Origin: Candidatus Parcubacteria bacterium
GTDB taxonomy: Bacteria; Patescibacteriota; Saccharimonadia; UBA4664; JBIOIQ01
Reading direction: 5' to 3'
Assembly: GCA_963718875.1 (NCBI GenBank)
Contig: OY970378.1
Span: 132,396-196,395 of the forward strand
Length of the DNA stretch: 64,000 bases
Of this stretch, positions 26,843 to 36,790 are shown one piece after another (within the stretch, counting starts at the first letter, position 1; every line of letters begins with the position of its first letter). A program made the position numbers and the translations under genes. The notes beneath the pieces were generated by a model that saw only the letters and a list, made by a program, of their open reading frames with translations, ran no database searches and was not told the DNA's origin.

Positions 26843-27457
26843 ATGTCAGACCCCAACTTTGCATACGTCCCTAAGCATCTGGCCACGCGAACCCACGAAG
26901 ACATGAAAGCGGTTTTAATGAGCCCTGACGCGCAAGGTCCAGCCGTACATTATTACATGATTAGAGGTGGGAGCCAGCAGCGTAATGTAACGGTGTGGGA
27001 GCCGGGTAAGGTAGGGGGTGAATATATCAAAACCTTTGGTCATTACCATGTTGGGCCCTTGGATGAAACTTATGAGATTTTGGAGGGTCAGGGGTTTGTA
27101 CTGCAGGAAAGATTGGAGGTTAACGAGGCGGGAGAAATGGTTGCAGATAGGGTAGCCGAGTTTAAAGTCATTCCCATCAAAGCTGGCGACAGCGTGTTTA
27201 TCCCGGCTGGTTCAGGTCATTTAGCTGTTAATACGGGTGATACCTACATGGTAACGACCGACGACAGCCCGGTTAATTTTGATGATTCTGACCCAAGTGG
27301 ACATCCAGGTCATGCTGATTACTCTCTGGTGAGGCAGACGCGAGGATTTGCCTACTATGTGGTGGAGCGTGATGGCGCGCCTGCCTTAGTAAAGAATCCT
27401 CATTACAGTGTTATTGCAAATGAAGACCTTGGCGGCTTATCGGTGGTAGAAGCTTGA
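26843..27457 (+). CDS. cupin-type glucose-6-phosphate isomerase (cPGI-like)
   Basis: Internal Met with GGAG RBS. TFGHYHVG and YMIRGGSQ cupin/PGI motifs. Low-GC backbone composition. Confidence 0.65.
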   Translation: MSDPNFAYVPKHLATRTHEDMKAVLMSPDAQGPAVHYYMIRGGSQQRNVTVWEPGKVGGEYIKTFGHYHVGPLDETYEILEGQGFVLQERLEVNEAGEMVADRVAEFKVIPIKAGDSVFIPAGSGHLAVNTGDTYMVTTDDSPVNFDDSDPSGHPGHADYSLVRQTRGFAYYVVERDGAPALVKNPHYSVIANEDLGGLSVVEA

Positions 27458-28659
27458 GCGGGGGAGCAGAGGATTCGACTCAGTTTAAGCGCCCATATTT
27501 AGTAATACCCAAACTGATTGAGCAACCTACTTGGGGTGGTACTTATATTGCGGAATTCAAGCAATGGGATATAAAACCGTCTTTAGCGGGTTCAAAAATA
27601 GGCCAGTCGTACGAGTTATTTTCTGGGAGTAACCTATCTTTATTGGATTCAAGTAAAGACCCCTTGTTTGAGGGCGAAATTACCGATCGTGATGAGGTGC
27701 AAAACCCTACTAGTCCCGAGAATTCGGTTAGTTTGGCAAGCTTGATCGAGATGTCGGCCAAAGACACTTTGGGGAGCGCTCGAGCAGTGCGCAGCGGCCG
27801 CAAGTTTGATTTGTTGATTAAGTTTACACAGTCATTAGGCAACTCTTTTCAAATTCACATCAAAGATGGGTTGGAAGACCCATGGTGGAAGCCAAAGCCC
27901 GAGTCGTGGTATTACCTGGAGCCCGGGCTGATAACTTTAGGAGTTAAATCGGGGGTTGATTGGGGGGATTATGAGGCGGCAGTGTCGTCTGTGGCCGAAG
28001 CTATGACTGGCTTGGAGCGCCAAATTTCTACTGGAGAGCTAGACTACGACGAGGCGCAAGCTGAAGTTCATAGTTTGCTGGAGCGCTACGATCCTTGGGT
28101 ATATGTTAATACAGTCGAGGTTAAAAAAGATCAGTTGGTGGATCTTTCGGCAGGAGCTCTGCACCATTCTTGGGAAGAAGATTCGGTAAAAATCCCTTTA
28201 GGGAATGTCTTGTATGAATTGCAACTTGAGGCTATGGATGATGTCTCGACTATAAGGGTGTTTGATAAAGGCAAGATGACCAGAGGTGGGTCGCTGCGTA
28301 AGCTTAATATTTCCGATTATTTTCGGCTGATCGATCGAACTCCAGAGGCTAATGATCCTAAGAACCATATGGGGGAACCGACGGATCTAATTAAAACGGC
28401 GGAGTATGGACTATCTAGGTTACTTAGTACCAAATATTACACTTTGAATAAACTATTGCTTTTAACTCCGACGGCCTCTTATAACGAACGGATTGACCAG
28501 TTCCGACATTTGTTTGTGCGCAAAGGCGAAATCCAAGTTTCAACTGAATTGGGGAGTGTCATTGTAAGCCAGGGGCACGCCTGTTTTATCCCAGCTGGAG
28601 CAATGGAATATAGAGTTGAGTGCAAACGCCCAGCTACTGAAGTGCTAATAAGTTACTAG
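27454..28659 (+). CDS. cupin-fold sugar isomerase, type I mannose-6-phosphate isomerase-like (tentative)
   Basis: PTWGGTYI N-terminal motif resembling class I PMI. 401 aa. 4-nt overlap with the upstream pgi-like gene. Confidence 0.45.
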   Translation: MSGGAEDSTQFKRPYLVIPKLIEQPTWGGTYIAEFKQWDIKPSLAGSKIGQSYELFSGSNLSLLDSSKDPLFEGEITDRDEVQNPTSPENSVSLASLIEMSAKDTLGSARAVRSGRKFDLLIKFTQSLGNSFQIHIKDGLEDPWWKPKPESWYYLEPGLITLGVKSGVDWGDYEAAVSSVAEAMTGLERQISTGELDYDEAQAEVHSLLERYDPWVYVNTVEVKKDQLVDLSAGALHHSWEEDSVKIPLGNVLYELQLEAMDDVSTIRVFDKGKMTRGGSLRKLNISDYFRLIDRTPEANDPKNHMGEPTDLIKTAEYGLSRLLSTKYYTLNKLLLLTPTASYNERIDQFRHLFVRKGEIQVSTELGSVIVSQGHACFIPAGAMEYRVECKRPATEVLISY

Positions 28660-28715
28660 TAAAAACTTTTTATATCATTACGACTTTAAGTTTTTAAGTT
28701 TACCGTGAATCTTAC

Positions 28716-28903
28716 AAACCTCCCATCATTGTCATTACCTATCCCCGGATCGTGGTCCGGGGCAGGCTCCAGCCAAACTCCACTATTGCCTAGTTTGGTG
28801 CTCCGGATAGGGAATCTAGCCGAGATCCTCCGATCATCCGTCGATTGACGGACGGAGGATGACAAAAAATTTAAGGGGTTTCAAGATTCACAAATAAGTT
28901 CAT
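28716..28903. repeat. MITE-like composite: 15-bp terminal inverted repeats (GTGAATCTTACAAACC / GGTTTCAAGATTCAC) enclosing REP-like hairpins
   Basis: TIRs match at 14 of 16 positions. The interior contains CCCCGGATCGTGGTCCGGGG and the family-1 copy GAGATCC...GGAGGATGACAA (28822-28865). Confidence 0.45.
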
Positions 28904-29103
28904 ACTCGCCGTAGGACTTTTTTGTTCTATACCAAAGTACAAAAAGTTTTTAAGGATTATAATTTATGGTGCCGACGCTTAAGAGATAGATTGATAGTCG
29001 CTCTTAATGCGTTTGGTGTTCCCGCCGGCGGGGAGGAGCGATTTCTCGCTCCTCCCCGCTTGGCGGCTTAGTTTTGTTAACCGTAAACTAAACGTGTGAA
29101 GAG

Positions 29104-29703
29104 TTACTTGGGCTTTTCGGTGAAGTTGAAAGTGGCTTGTTGAACCACCACTCGCTTATCGGCTGGGTAGGAGTTGATGATCCCGATGGTGGAATCGACG
29201 TAGCCTTCCCAGTACTTGGCGAACTTCTTGCCGTTGTTGTCCAAGCAAAGCGTCCAGGTACCCGATGATTGCCCGATGTACACGCCGGTGGGCTCACCCT
29301 GATCGATGCTGAACAGCTCGCGGCTGTTGTCATCGGGGAGATCCACCCACTGCGTTGAACCAGACAGTTGATAGCTGCTGGGGACTGGTGCTCCTGCGGA
29401 GGGGCACCACCAGATGAGGCCAATGCCTTCGAGGTACCCCGCGGTGGTGCTGGTGGCACCGGTGGCGCGGATGGTTTCGACGTCAATGACTGTCTGCCTC
29501 TCCTGGCTCCAGTCGAAGGTAGGAACTTGCTGGCTGTTACTCAGCCGGTTGAAGCCGGTTTGCACAGCCTTCTGCTCCTCCTTGGCGGTTTTGCCGCCTT
29601 TCTCGGATTCCTCGCTGTTGTTGCTGCATGTGCCAGCAAATGTTCCGAAGAACACCACTAGCACGAATGCAATTATGCTGAACTGCTTGCGGTTCATGAG
29701 CAT
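29104..29703 (-). CDS. lipoprotein (hypothetical)
   Basis: Signal peptide with lipobox FAGTC. 199 aa. GC about 55%. Confidence 0.55.
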   Translation of the reverse strand: MLMNRKQFSIIAFVLVVFFGTFAGTCSNNSEESEKGGKTAKEEQKAVQTGFNRLSNSQQVPTFDWSQERQTVIDVETIRATGATSTTAGYLEGIGLIWWCPSAGAPVPSSYQLSGSTQWVDLPDDNSRELFSIDQGEPTGVYIGQSSGTWTLCLDNNGKKFAKYWEGYVDSTIGIINSYPADKRVVVQQATFNFTEKPK

Positions 29704-30017
29704 TCCTTAGTTTCGAAGCGGACAATGATGGTGTCGCGGTAGGGCGGCGTCAGCCGGGCGATGAGTTCGCACGTCTGGTCGCGTAACGCGCTACGGGCTG
29801 CGGTGTTGGCGGGGTCAACCAGCTCGTAGTCCTTGATGTTCTGGACAGCTTGGTCACGCCACGCGGTCTGCGTGCCCTTGTTGCGGTTGTCGATGTTGAC
29901 CTGGCGGTCAACATTCTTCTCGGTTACAAACCACCCAAATTGCCAGGCGGCGATGCCGAGAATAGCCATCATGACAAAAGCCACGATGGCTACCAAAATG
30001 CCTTTTGCGGTTTCCAT
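29694..30017 (-). CDS. small membrane-anchored hypothetical protein
   Basis: 107 aa with N-terminal TM helix. 10-nt overlap with the downstream lipoprotein gene indicates an operon. Confidence 0.5.
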   Translation of the reverse strand: METAKGILVAIVAFVMMAILGIAAWQFGWFVTEKNVDRQVNIDNRNKGTQTAWRDQAVQNIKDYELVDPANTAARSALRDQTCELIARLTPPYRDTIIVRFETKECS

Positions 30018-30408
30018 TTTTACCTTTCTGGAAGTAACTCTTCAAGTTGTGAAGGGACATACGCGGGGACGGCCCGCGTGGCCGCGAGTGGCTTTTTAGG
30101 GCCTCTCGTCGCCGGGGTGAATTCAAGTTCCCCGGCGATAAGAGGTGATAAGTGCAGGTCATCAACGCCTCCGATTTTTACGGATTGGCGGATTTTCGAG
30201 TATAAAAAAACCAGGGTCATTGTTGGGCTTTAGGCTAAGCACCAGACTCTGGGGAAACGTTTTCGATACCGATAGCTATTTAACTGATGAAACCATTATA
30301 GGACACCATTTTTGATTTGTCAATAGGTAAATCTCGTAATTATAGTTGACTAAGTGAGCCGGAATATATATAGTGTGGCGGCTGTTTCCAACTATCAGGA
30401 GGACAGAA

Positions 30409-31092
30409 GTGCGTGGTATTCGAAAGCTGCCGCTTGCTGCTGCACTACTTGCGGTCGTATTGGTCGCATCGGCTTGCCCAGGTGGAGAGAGCTCCCCGCC
30501 AACCCCAGCGGAACAAGCTCTCGCGAGCCTGACAAACGATCTTGCCGGCGGCTCTTTGACAAAGCAGCATACCCTTGCGGGCGAGAAGTTCAGGTTCATC
30601 ACGAGGTACGACACGACGTACAACGCCAAGTCGTGGCGTATTACCGACTCAAAGACAATTCATTTCCAGGCCGGGATCGAATTGTTGCCTGGTGGCGAAG
30701 GTGTGCTGGTGATGATCGAGCATGTCCATGTGGACGTCAACCTGCAAGGCGATAAGGCAGGGCTCGATGGAATGCCGCAGGATTCAATGGATGACAGCAT
30801 CCATGGCGGCGATCAGCCAGGGTTTCTTGTGACGCCTCAATACATGTACGAGGAAGTGTTTGTGATCGAGGGGCTTTCCCAAACCTTGATCAACGGCTGG
30901 GGTTTTGCCACTGGTGGTACGGGCAGCTCGGACATAAGCGAGGAACGATTGACCGAGAAGCATCTGAGGAAGAACGGAGTGAAGGGTAACAAATTCAGCT
31001 TCGTCTACGATGTGCTTGTCAGGTACCCAGGGGAGCCGGGCTTCCACAAACGCATCGTTGTCGACGAGTTCCTGATTCAAACGGCCGCATAG
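30409..31092 (+). CDS. lipoprotein (hypothetical)
   Basis: GTG start with AGGAGG RBS. Signal plus lipobox VASAC. Two candidate TTGNNN-17/18-TATAGT promoters at 30316-30365. Confidence 0.55.
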   Translation: MRGIRKLPLAAALLAVVLVASACPGGESSPPTPAEQALASLTNDLAGGSLTKQHTLAGEKFRFITRYDTTYNAKSWRITDSKTIHFQAGIELLPGGEGVLVMIEHVHVDVNLQGDKAGLDGMPQDSMDDSIHGGDQPGFLVTPQYMYEEVFVIEGLSQTLINGWGFATGGTGSSDISEERLTEKHLRKNGVKGNKFSFVYDVLVRYPGEPGFHKRIVVDEFLIQTAA

Positions 31093-31214
31093 AAAGTTCT
31101 GCTCGCTGGTGAGGTTGGGGACGAAAATCTCCCAACCTCACCCCCTACAAGTTATAAACTCAATGTTTTATGCCAAACAGAGTTTAAGTAGTACAATGGT
31201 ACGAGCTCAAGCAG

Positions 31215-31305
<91 letters not shown>

Positions 31306-31332
31306 ATATTATTGATCTTAGTTAATTATCAC

Positions 31333-31935
31333 ATGAACCATTCAACCTATTTTGACTTGATGTCGTCCGAATTGATTCTGAAAGGTAACATTGTCGTGTT
31401 GCCTACAAATACTGTGTACGGGCTTGCGGCCAGGGCGGCAGATATATTAGCCGTAAGGCGTTTGTATGGCTTAAAAGATCGTCATCATAAACCAGGTACA
31501 ATTGTGGCAGCTAATTTGGAGCAGCTGGCAAAGCTGGGTTTAGATTTTACGATTCTAAACGATGTTAAACAGTTTTGGCCGGGAGCGGTCAGCGTAGTTG
31601 TTCCAGCTGACAAGAAATTGGATTACTTGCACCAAGGCTTAAACAGCTTGGCTGTGCGCATACCGGCAGATAAAGAATTTAGGGATTTTCTAATGGTTAC
31701 CGGGCCATTACTCACCAGTAGTGCTAATCTGCCCGGCGAGCCAACGGCTAATACGGTGGAAGAAGCCAAAAATTACTTTGGGGATCAGGTAGATTGGTAT
31801 GTGGACGGAGGGGACTTAAGCGGACGATTGCCTTCAGCATTGGTTCGGTTTACCAATGGTCAGTTAAAGGTCTTACGCGGAGAAAAACTTGCTCGAGATC
31901 TTAGGTCAAACGTTGAGAGCTTGGAGTTTATTTAA
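31333..31935 (+). CDS. tsaC: L-threonylcarbamoyladenylate synthase (YrdC/TsaC family)
   Basis: Internal Met start. VLPTNTVYGLAA motif. About 200 aa YrdC domain. Confidence 0.8.
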   Translation: MNHSTYFDLMSSELILKGNIVVLPTNTVYGLAARAADILAVRRLYGLKDRHHKPGTIVAANLEQLAKLGLDFTILNDVKQFWPGAVSVVVPADKKLDYLHQGLNSLAVRIPADKEFRDFLMVTGPLLTSSANLPGEPTANTVEEAKNYFGDQVDWYVDGGDLSGRLPSALVRFTNGQLKVLRGEKLARDLRSNVESLEFI

Positions 31936-31976
31936 GGCAAAAATGTTGTAACTATGCTTTAGGCTGAAAGATCGGA

Positions 31977-32522
31977 TTAGTTTACATAGAGTGTGATTTC
32001 GCTATAAATTCCGGCTTTTACTTCAACCGTAGTAGGTGACCCGGTTGATCCTTGAAGTTCTGCTGTAAAACTGCCTGTACCGGTGCTGACGAGAAAATAA
32101 CCACTTGAGTTAGATTTGACAGCTTGGATGATGCCATTGGGGCCTTTGATGATGACCGTTCCTGCTTGGGTGCGGGGTTGGTTGCAGGAGCTGTTGGGAT
32201 CAGGAGAATAGCAACCAGTAGCCGCACCGGCGTAAATTTGGCCCTTTATCCCAGAACCTCCAAGGGGTGGGGCAGAGTTCAGGTTTTCAGGCGTTGTAGC
32301 GGATTGAGTAGGTGTCGATTGCGGAGACGTTGTTGAGTTAACAGGCTGAGAAATGGATTTTTTCTGCCCGGTTTGAGCTTGATTCGTATTGGACTTGGTT
32401 TTTTCTTTGGATTTGGCCTGCTGGACTTGAGTCAATACAATGCCGGTTGTAACAAGCAGAGCGGCCAGAATCCCCAGCTCCATTATAACAAGACTGCCGC
32501 GTTGATAATTTGGCTTAACCAT
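31977..32522 (-). CDS. prepilin-type N-terminal domain protein (pilin/pseudopilin-like)
   Basis: N-terminus QRGSLVIMELGILAALLVTTGIVL (class III signal-like) followed by a Ser/Thr/Gln-rich low-complexity region and beta domain. Confidence 0.55.
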   Translation of the reverse strand: MVKPNYQRGSLVIMELGILAALLVTTGIVLTQVQQAKSKEKTKSNTNQAQTGQKKSISQPVNSTTSPQSTPTQSATTPENLNSAPPLGGSGIKGQIYAGAATGCYSPDPNSSCNQPRTQAGTVIIKGPNGIIQAVKSNSSGYFLVSTGTGSFTAELQGSTGSPTTVEVKAGIYSEITLYVN

Positions 32523-32564
32523 GAGCTTAATATAAATGTTTACTTATAAGGTGTCAAAGCTTGC

Positions 32565-32584
32565 TAGAGGTTAAACCTCTGGAT
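32565..32584. repeat. family-3 palindrome CTAGAGGTTAAACCTCTGGA
   Basis: Copies at 37846-37864, 43171-43206 (1.5 copies), 61628-61648. Confidence 0.6.
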
Positions 32585-32674
32585 TATAGGCATGATAATC
32601 GAAAGTCCTCAGATAGCTGAGGCCATGCGAGAGTTGTTCCGGCTGGCGCAGCTGGGGGGAGAGGCTCTGCTTTA

Positions 32675-32765
32675 CAAGTAAAGGGAGCCTCCCTTTTAGT
32701 GGTTATGTTAGCATTTCGAGCTCATTTCTTAAGTTAGGGAGCCTCCCTCGAATTTGTTATGCTCC
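32675..32765. repeat. paired palindromic motif element (2x GGGAGCCTCCC), second locus
   Basis: Same arrangement as 2845-2940. Marks the left boundary of the GC-rich cassette array. Confidence 0.55.
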
Positions 32766-32789
32766 GACCCAAGGCTTCAAACTCCACGT

Positions 32790-32873
32790 TGTCACCCTGA
32801 ACCGTCGGCTGACGGTTGTTTCAGGATCTCTTAATCTGGACAAGAGATCCCGGATCGTGGTCCGGGATGACAA
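32790..32873. repeat. inverted pair of family-1 REP/RPE-like elements
   Basis: Reverse copy GTCACCCTGAAC...TCAGGATCTCTT, then forward copy AGAGATCCCGGATCGTGGTCCGGGATGACAA. Confidence 0.6.
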
Positions 32874-32937
32874 GAAGAAGGTTGAAAACTTAGGTCGGGC
32901 CCCGCACCAGCCTTGGTAGACTTGGTGCGGGACGGGG

Positions 32938-33384
32938 TTAGGACGGGTCGGATTCGGGTGCCGGAGGGCGCTTGGCGAGCTCGATTTCGAGCTCGGCGAC
33001 ACATCTTTCGTGGTCTTTAACAACCTCCATGAGTAGCTCAGCTTTTTCCTGATAACGCTGGGCCTCGGCCGCGATGCGCATGTAAAGCGTTTCGATGGTG
33101 CAGTCTTTGGGGAACTGGTCGAACCCTGCGTCAAGGAGTGCGATGAAAGCATCGATAGCCTTTTTGGCTGCTTTGTACTCATGCTTGTAAAACCAACCGG
33201 GCCAGTCGGGATCGGCCTCGCAGTAGGGAACCATGAACTCCTGGAGCAGCTGAGCGTAGGGTCGAATGACGCTCCATGGCTCATTCCACGGATTGTAGAA
33301 CTGGGTGATCCTCTCCAGTGTCCACATTCCGTCTCTGATTCTTTTGAGGACGTCTCGCAGTGCCTGGGTGGGGTGAATGGTCAT
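32938..33384 (-). CDS. cassette-array paralog A1 (hypothetical, C-terminal coiled coil and Pro-rich tail)
   Basis: 148 aa, N-terminal MTIHPTQALRDVL. Shares N-terminal and C-terminal (ELEIELAKRPP...DPS) features with 33395-33811, 35444-35989 and 36119-36628. Confidence 0.6.
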   Translation of the reverse strand: MTIHPTQALRDVLKRIRDGMWTLERITQFYNPWNEPWSVIRPYAQLLQEFMVPYCEADPDWPGWFYKHEYKAAKKAIDAFIALLDAGFDQFPKDCTIETLYMRIAAEAQRYQEKAELLMEVVKDHERCVAELEIELAKRPPAPESDPS

Positions 33385-33394
33385 GGGATCTGTT

Positions 33395-33811
33395 TCAGTT
33401 GGAGTGCGAAGGGGGCGAGGAAGGACGCTTTTTGAGCTCGGTTTCGAGTCCTTTGATGCGGGCGTCCAGTTCTTTAACCTGTGACGCGAGGGACTCAGAC
33501 CAGTTTTTGTAACGGATCCTTTCGCCGGCGATTCTCATGTAGAGATCACCGATGGTAGTACCACTTGGGAGCCGATCGAATCCGGCATCTATTAACTCGA
33601 TGAAGGCGTCAAGTGCCTGTGTGAAAGTGGGCGAGTAAGGAAGTTCATGGTGCTCGCCAAGGAAAGCTTTGATGAGCTCCTGGTAGGGTGAAAACACGCT
33701 GTCGGTTGCCATGCCACCGCCTTGCATTACTGCGGCATATGCGCTACGAGAGTTTGCGTCTCTGGCTGCGACGAGCGCGTCGCGAAGTGCTTGGGTTGGG
33801 GTTAGCGTCAC
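33395..33811 (-). CDS. cassette-array paralog A2
   Basis: 138 aa, MTLTPTQALRDAL... Shares DAFIELIDAGFD...LYMRIAGE block with A1. GTG start with AAAGGAT RBS. Confidence 0.6.
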   Translation of the reverse strand: MTLTPTQALRDALVAARDANSRSAYAAVMQGGGMATDSVFSPYQELIKAFLGEHHELPYSPTFTQALDAFIELIDAGFDRLPSGTTIGDLYMRIAGERIRYKNWSESLASQVKELDARIKGLETELKKRPSSPPSHSN

Positions 33812-33978
33812 GGGTTATCTATCCTTTGGGTTGTGGATCGTGTACACGGGTTGCATCGTTGCTTCCCGACCTAAGGTTTCAAAGCTCTTTTTAAGACCTG
33901 ATCTTCGATAGTTGAAAGCTTGGGTCGGGGTTCCGCCGTGCGCTGGTTAGGGCGCAGGCAGCGGAACCTGTGGATGGG

Positions 33979-34383
33979 CTATACCGGGTGGATCTTGTGC
34001 ATACTGCACTTGAAGATGTCGATCATGGGGAACTCGGCCTGAGGGTGTTCCGCCTCGAGGTAAACTACGCCGGCCAGGTCGGAAGTCAGGTTGAGGCCGG
34101 TGGAGCTGGTAATGAAGTCACTTACCAAGTCGATGGCCATGCTGTCGTCCTGGTCCAGCTCGTACTTGCTGACGCCGAACTTGGCGGCGATCTTGCCGTG
34201 GTCGAGCTCGAACTGCTCGGTGTTGGTGTCGCGGTCGTAGTCGTTGCGAGAGCAGAGCCAGGCGCTGCGGACTCGGACGATGGCTTTGACTTGGACGCCT
34301 TGCTCTTCTCTGAGCTCGCGCTTGACGAGCGTGAGCTGCTTGGCACTGACCTTGCCGATCACCACTAGCGTGGTGGCTGCCAT
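33979..34383 (-). CDS. cassette-array gene B (hypothetical, 134 aa)
   Basis: Own conserved leader with AAAGGAAGA RBS. Flanked by the TTAGGTCGGG/CCCGACCTAAG inverted-repeat boundary elements. Confidence 0.5.
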   Translation of the reverse strand: MAATTLVVIGKVSAKQLTLVKRELREEQGVQVKAIVRVRSAWLCSRNDYDRDTNTEQFELDHGKIAAKFGVSKYELDQDDSMAIDLVSDFITSSTGLNLTSDLAGVVYLEAEHPQAEFPMIDIFKCSMHKIHPV

Positions 34384-34548
34384 GATGTTCTTCCTTTGAT
34401 CGTCGGTACACGGGTAAGCACTGTTGCTTCCCGACCCAAGACTTCAATCTTATTTACACGGGTGGAACCGATGTAGGATTTGAAAACTTAGGTCGGGGTT
34501 CCGCCGCTGTAGCCGGAGCTACAAACGGCGGAACCTGGGAATGGGTGG

Positions 34549-35226
34549 TTAGCTGGATACGCCTTCGGGTGCTGATCCCTCAACGGGTGCATCCTCGAAG
34601 GGATATGCCAAGACTCGAGCGACTTCACTCTCCAAGGTCTCGGTGCTGAAGCCCACCAGGGCACGGTCTAGGGCTTGGCTACGAAGCTTGACCTCAAGTG
34701 CCTTGAGGCGCTCCGGGATCCCGCTGCTTTGCCAGTCCCGGTAGAGGTGTTGAGCGCAGAGCATCTCCATATGGTAGTGGCTTGCAACTGCCGAGCGGAA
34801 GCCATCGGTGCCTACAGGGCTGTTGGGGTAGTTGCCGAAAATGGCGATGATGAGCTCACCGTCCTCGCCGAAGACGGCGAGAGAGAACTCGTCATCGATG
34901 TCGTAGCCAGCACCGTGACGGAATGGGAAGCCGAAGCTGTCACGACCAGGATCCGGCTGCTTGATCTCGTAGTGGAACACGATACCCATCTCGATGCGTA
35001 GCAGCTCGCCGCCCTTGTTTCGAAGGTGGCGGGTGACCACTTTGCCGCTGACAATGAAATCGAGCGTGTTGCCGAGCTTGACGAGCTCATAGGTGGTGCC
35101 ATTGATGTCGGCTGAGTAAATATCCCTCAACACTTCCTCAATGAGGTGGTGCTCAGGGCTGTGGTGGTGAATCGATCGGTAGCCAACTGCTTGGGGGTGA
35201 GCGTGGGCGGGTCGGGTGTAGGCCAT
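34549..35226 (-). CDS. cassette-array gene C (hypothetical, 225 aa)
   Basis: Conserved leader ...CCGAAAAAGGATGG-N7-ATG. Same boundary elements. Confidence 0.5.
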   Translation of the reverse strand: MAYTRPAHAHPQAVGYRSIHHHSPEHHLIEEVLRDIYSADINGTTYELVKLGNTLDFIVSGKVVTRHLRNKGGELLRIEMGIVFHYEIKQPDPGRDSFGFPFRHGAGYDIDDEFSLAVFGEDGELIIAIFGNYPNSPVGTDGFRSAVASHYHMEMLCAQHLYRDWQSSGIPERLKALEVKLRSQALDRALVGFSTETLESEVARVLAYPFEDAPVEGSAPEGVSS

Positions 35227-35349
35227 TGAAAACCATCCTTTTTCGGTTGTCGATCGGGTACACGGGTAAGCACTATTGCTTCCCGACCTAAGACTTCAAA
35301 ACTCTTTGTTGTCACCTTGTACTTGATTCAGGGTCTCTTAATCTGGACA

Positions 35350-35380
35350 AGAGATCCCGGATCGTGGTCCGGGATGACAA
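35350..35380 (+). repeat. family-1 REP/RPE-like element (AGAGATCCCGGATCGTGGTCCGGGATGACAA)
   Basis: Identical to 32843-32873. Preceded by a degenerate reverse copy. Confidence 0.6.
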
Positions 35381-35443
35381 TTTAGGGTTGAAAACTTAGG
35401 TCGGGCCCCGCATCAGCCTTGGAAGACTTGATGCGGGACGGGG

Positions 35444-35989
35444 TTAGGACGGGTTCGGCTTGGATACCGGAGGACGGGTGGCGAGTTCGGCTTCGAGCTC
35501 GGCGATGCGGGCGTTGAGGTCGTCGTTCTGCTGGCAAACCTTGCGGTGCTCGCGAGCGAGGTTGTCGAGTTGGCTGTACCGCTCTTGGAGTGAGATGACA
35601 AGGGAGTCGTGGTCTAGACGTACTGTCGCGAGCTTGGCCTCGAGCTTGGCGACGGTCTCCCTCGTGATGGCGAGCCAGTACTCTGCCTTGAAACGGTATC
35701 CTGCAGCCCACATCAGCCTGTTGTCGATGGGGTTGGTAGGGGAAAGCTCGTCGGCTCCTGAGTTTACCAACCAGATGATGCTGTTGATGGCCGCGATGTT
35801 GCGAGCTTGGGTTCCCGCGAAGTCTACCTGGGCAGCATCGATGAAGGTACGGAAGTGGCCACTGACTGTGCTGAAGATGCTGTGGTTACCCGGGTTGCCA
35901 ATTATCTGCTCAATGTTGGACTCTTGGGGGTCGGAGTCCCTGAGCGCCTTGAGGGCGTCGATGAGGGCCTGGGTAGGGTTGATTGCCAT
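35444..35989 (-). CDS. cassette-array paralog A3
   Basis: Start at internal Met (MAINPTQALIDALKALRD) with AAAAAGGACGG RBS. C-terminus ARIAELEAELATRPPVSKPNPS. Confidence 0.6.
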   Translation of the reverse strand: MAINPTQALIDALKALRDSDPQESNIEQIIGNPGNHSIFSTVSGHFRTFIDAAQVDFAGTQARNIAAINSIIWLVNSGADELSPTNPIDNRLMWAAGYRFKAEYWLAITRETVAKLEAKLATVRLDHDSLVISLQERYSQLDNLAREHRKVCQQNDDLNARIAELEAELATRPPVSKPNPS

Positions 35990-36118
35990 GGTGGCCGTCC
36001 TTTTTGGGTTGTCGGGTACACGGGTAAGCACTGTTGCTTCCCGACCTAGGGCTTCAAACGAGGTTGAAAACTTAGGTCGGGCCCCGCACCAGCTGGGTAG
36101 GCAAGGTGCGGGACGGGG

Positions 36119-36628
36119 TTAGGACGGGTCGGGTTCGGGTGAGTAAGGCTCCTGCAGAGCTGCGACTTTGGCTTCGAGTTCGGCGACGAGGAGCTTCATT
36201 TGATGACCCTCATGCCTGAGAACCTGGTTCTCGTTGCGCTCTTCCCTCAGGTGGTCTAGGTTCTCGCGGATGACCTGTCGGGCTTGGTAGAGCTCGCCGC
36301 CAACCTTCATAGCGAAGTCAGCAACCTGAGAGCCGTCAGGGAGTACCGTCAAGCCGGCCCAGATGAGCTCGAACAGGTGGTTGATGACAGCCTTGCACTG
36401 CGTGTACAGGATGTCCCTCCTGGTTTGCGAGTTCATGCCCTCGAGGTTATCCAGGATCCCACATGCCTTCCTGAACGGCAGGATGAGTTGAGCGACCTCG
36501 TAGAACATGTGGTAGGGGTCGGTGGTGGTAAGGAGCTGAACTGCTTCGGCGACGTCCAGGGTGCCGGTGTTGGCGCCAATGCGCATTTCTTCCAGCTTGG
36601 CCATCAGAGTTACGGTGGGGTTGAGCAT
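36119..36628 (-). CDS. cassette-array paralog A4 (promoter-proximal)
   Basis: 169 aa. C-terminus LVAELEAKVAALQEPYSPEPDPS. AAAGGACGAATACC-ATG leader. Confidence 0.6.
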   Translation of the reverse strand: MLNPTVTLMAKLEEMRIGANTGTLDVAEAVQLLTTTDPYHMFYEVAQLILPFRKACGILDNLEGMNSQTRRDILYTQCKAVINHLFELIWAGLTVLPDGSQVADFAMKVGGELYQARQVIRENLDHLREERNENQVLRHEGHQMKLLVAELEAKVAALQEPYSPEPDPS

Positions 36629-36699
36629 GGTATTCGTCCTTTGGGTTGTGTAGGTGCGAATGTGTCTGATTGGGCTGTTCCCAACTCAGTGCGGACAAG

Positions 36700-36790
36700 T
36701 CTATACTATTTATGCTTAAATGTCAATATAATGTAGGTAAAATGTAATATCTACAGATAGATATTTGTCAAAATGAGAATTGACAAATAC
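36700..36790 (-). promoter_or_regulatory. AT-rich promoter region of the cassette array (TTGACA boxes on minus strand)
   Basis: Reverse complement contains TTGACAAATATCTATCTGTAGATATTACAT and TTGACATTTAAGCATAAATAGTATAGAC. It is the only AT-rich stretch in the array. Confidence 0.35.
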
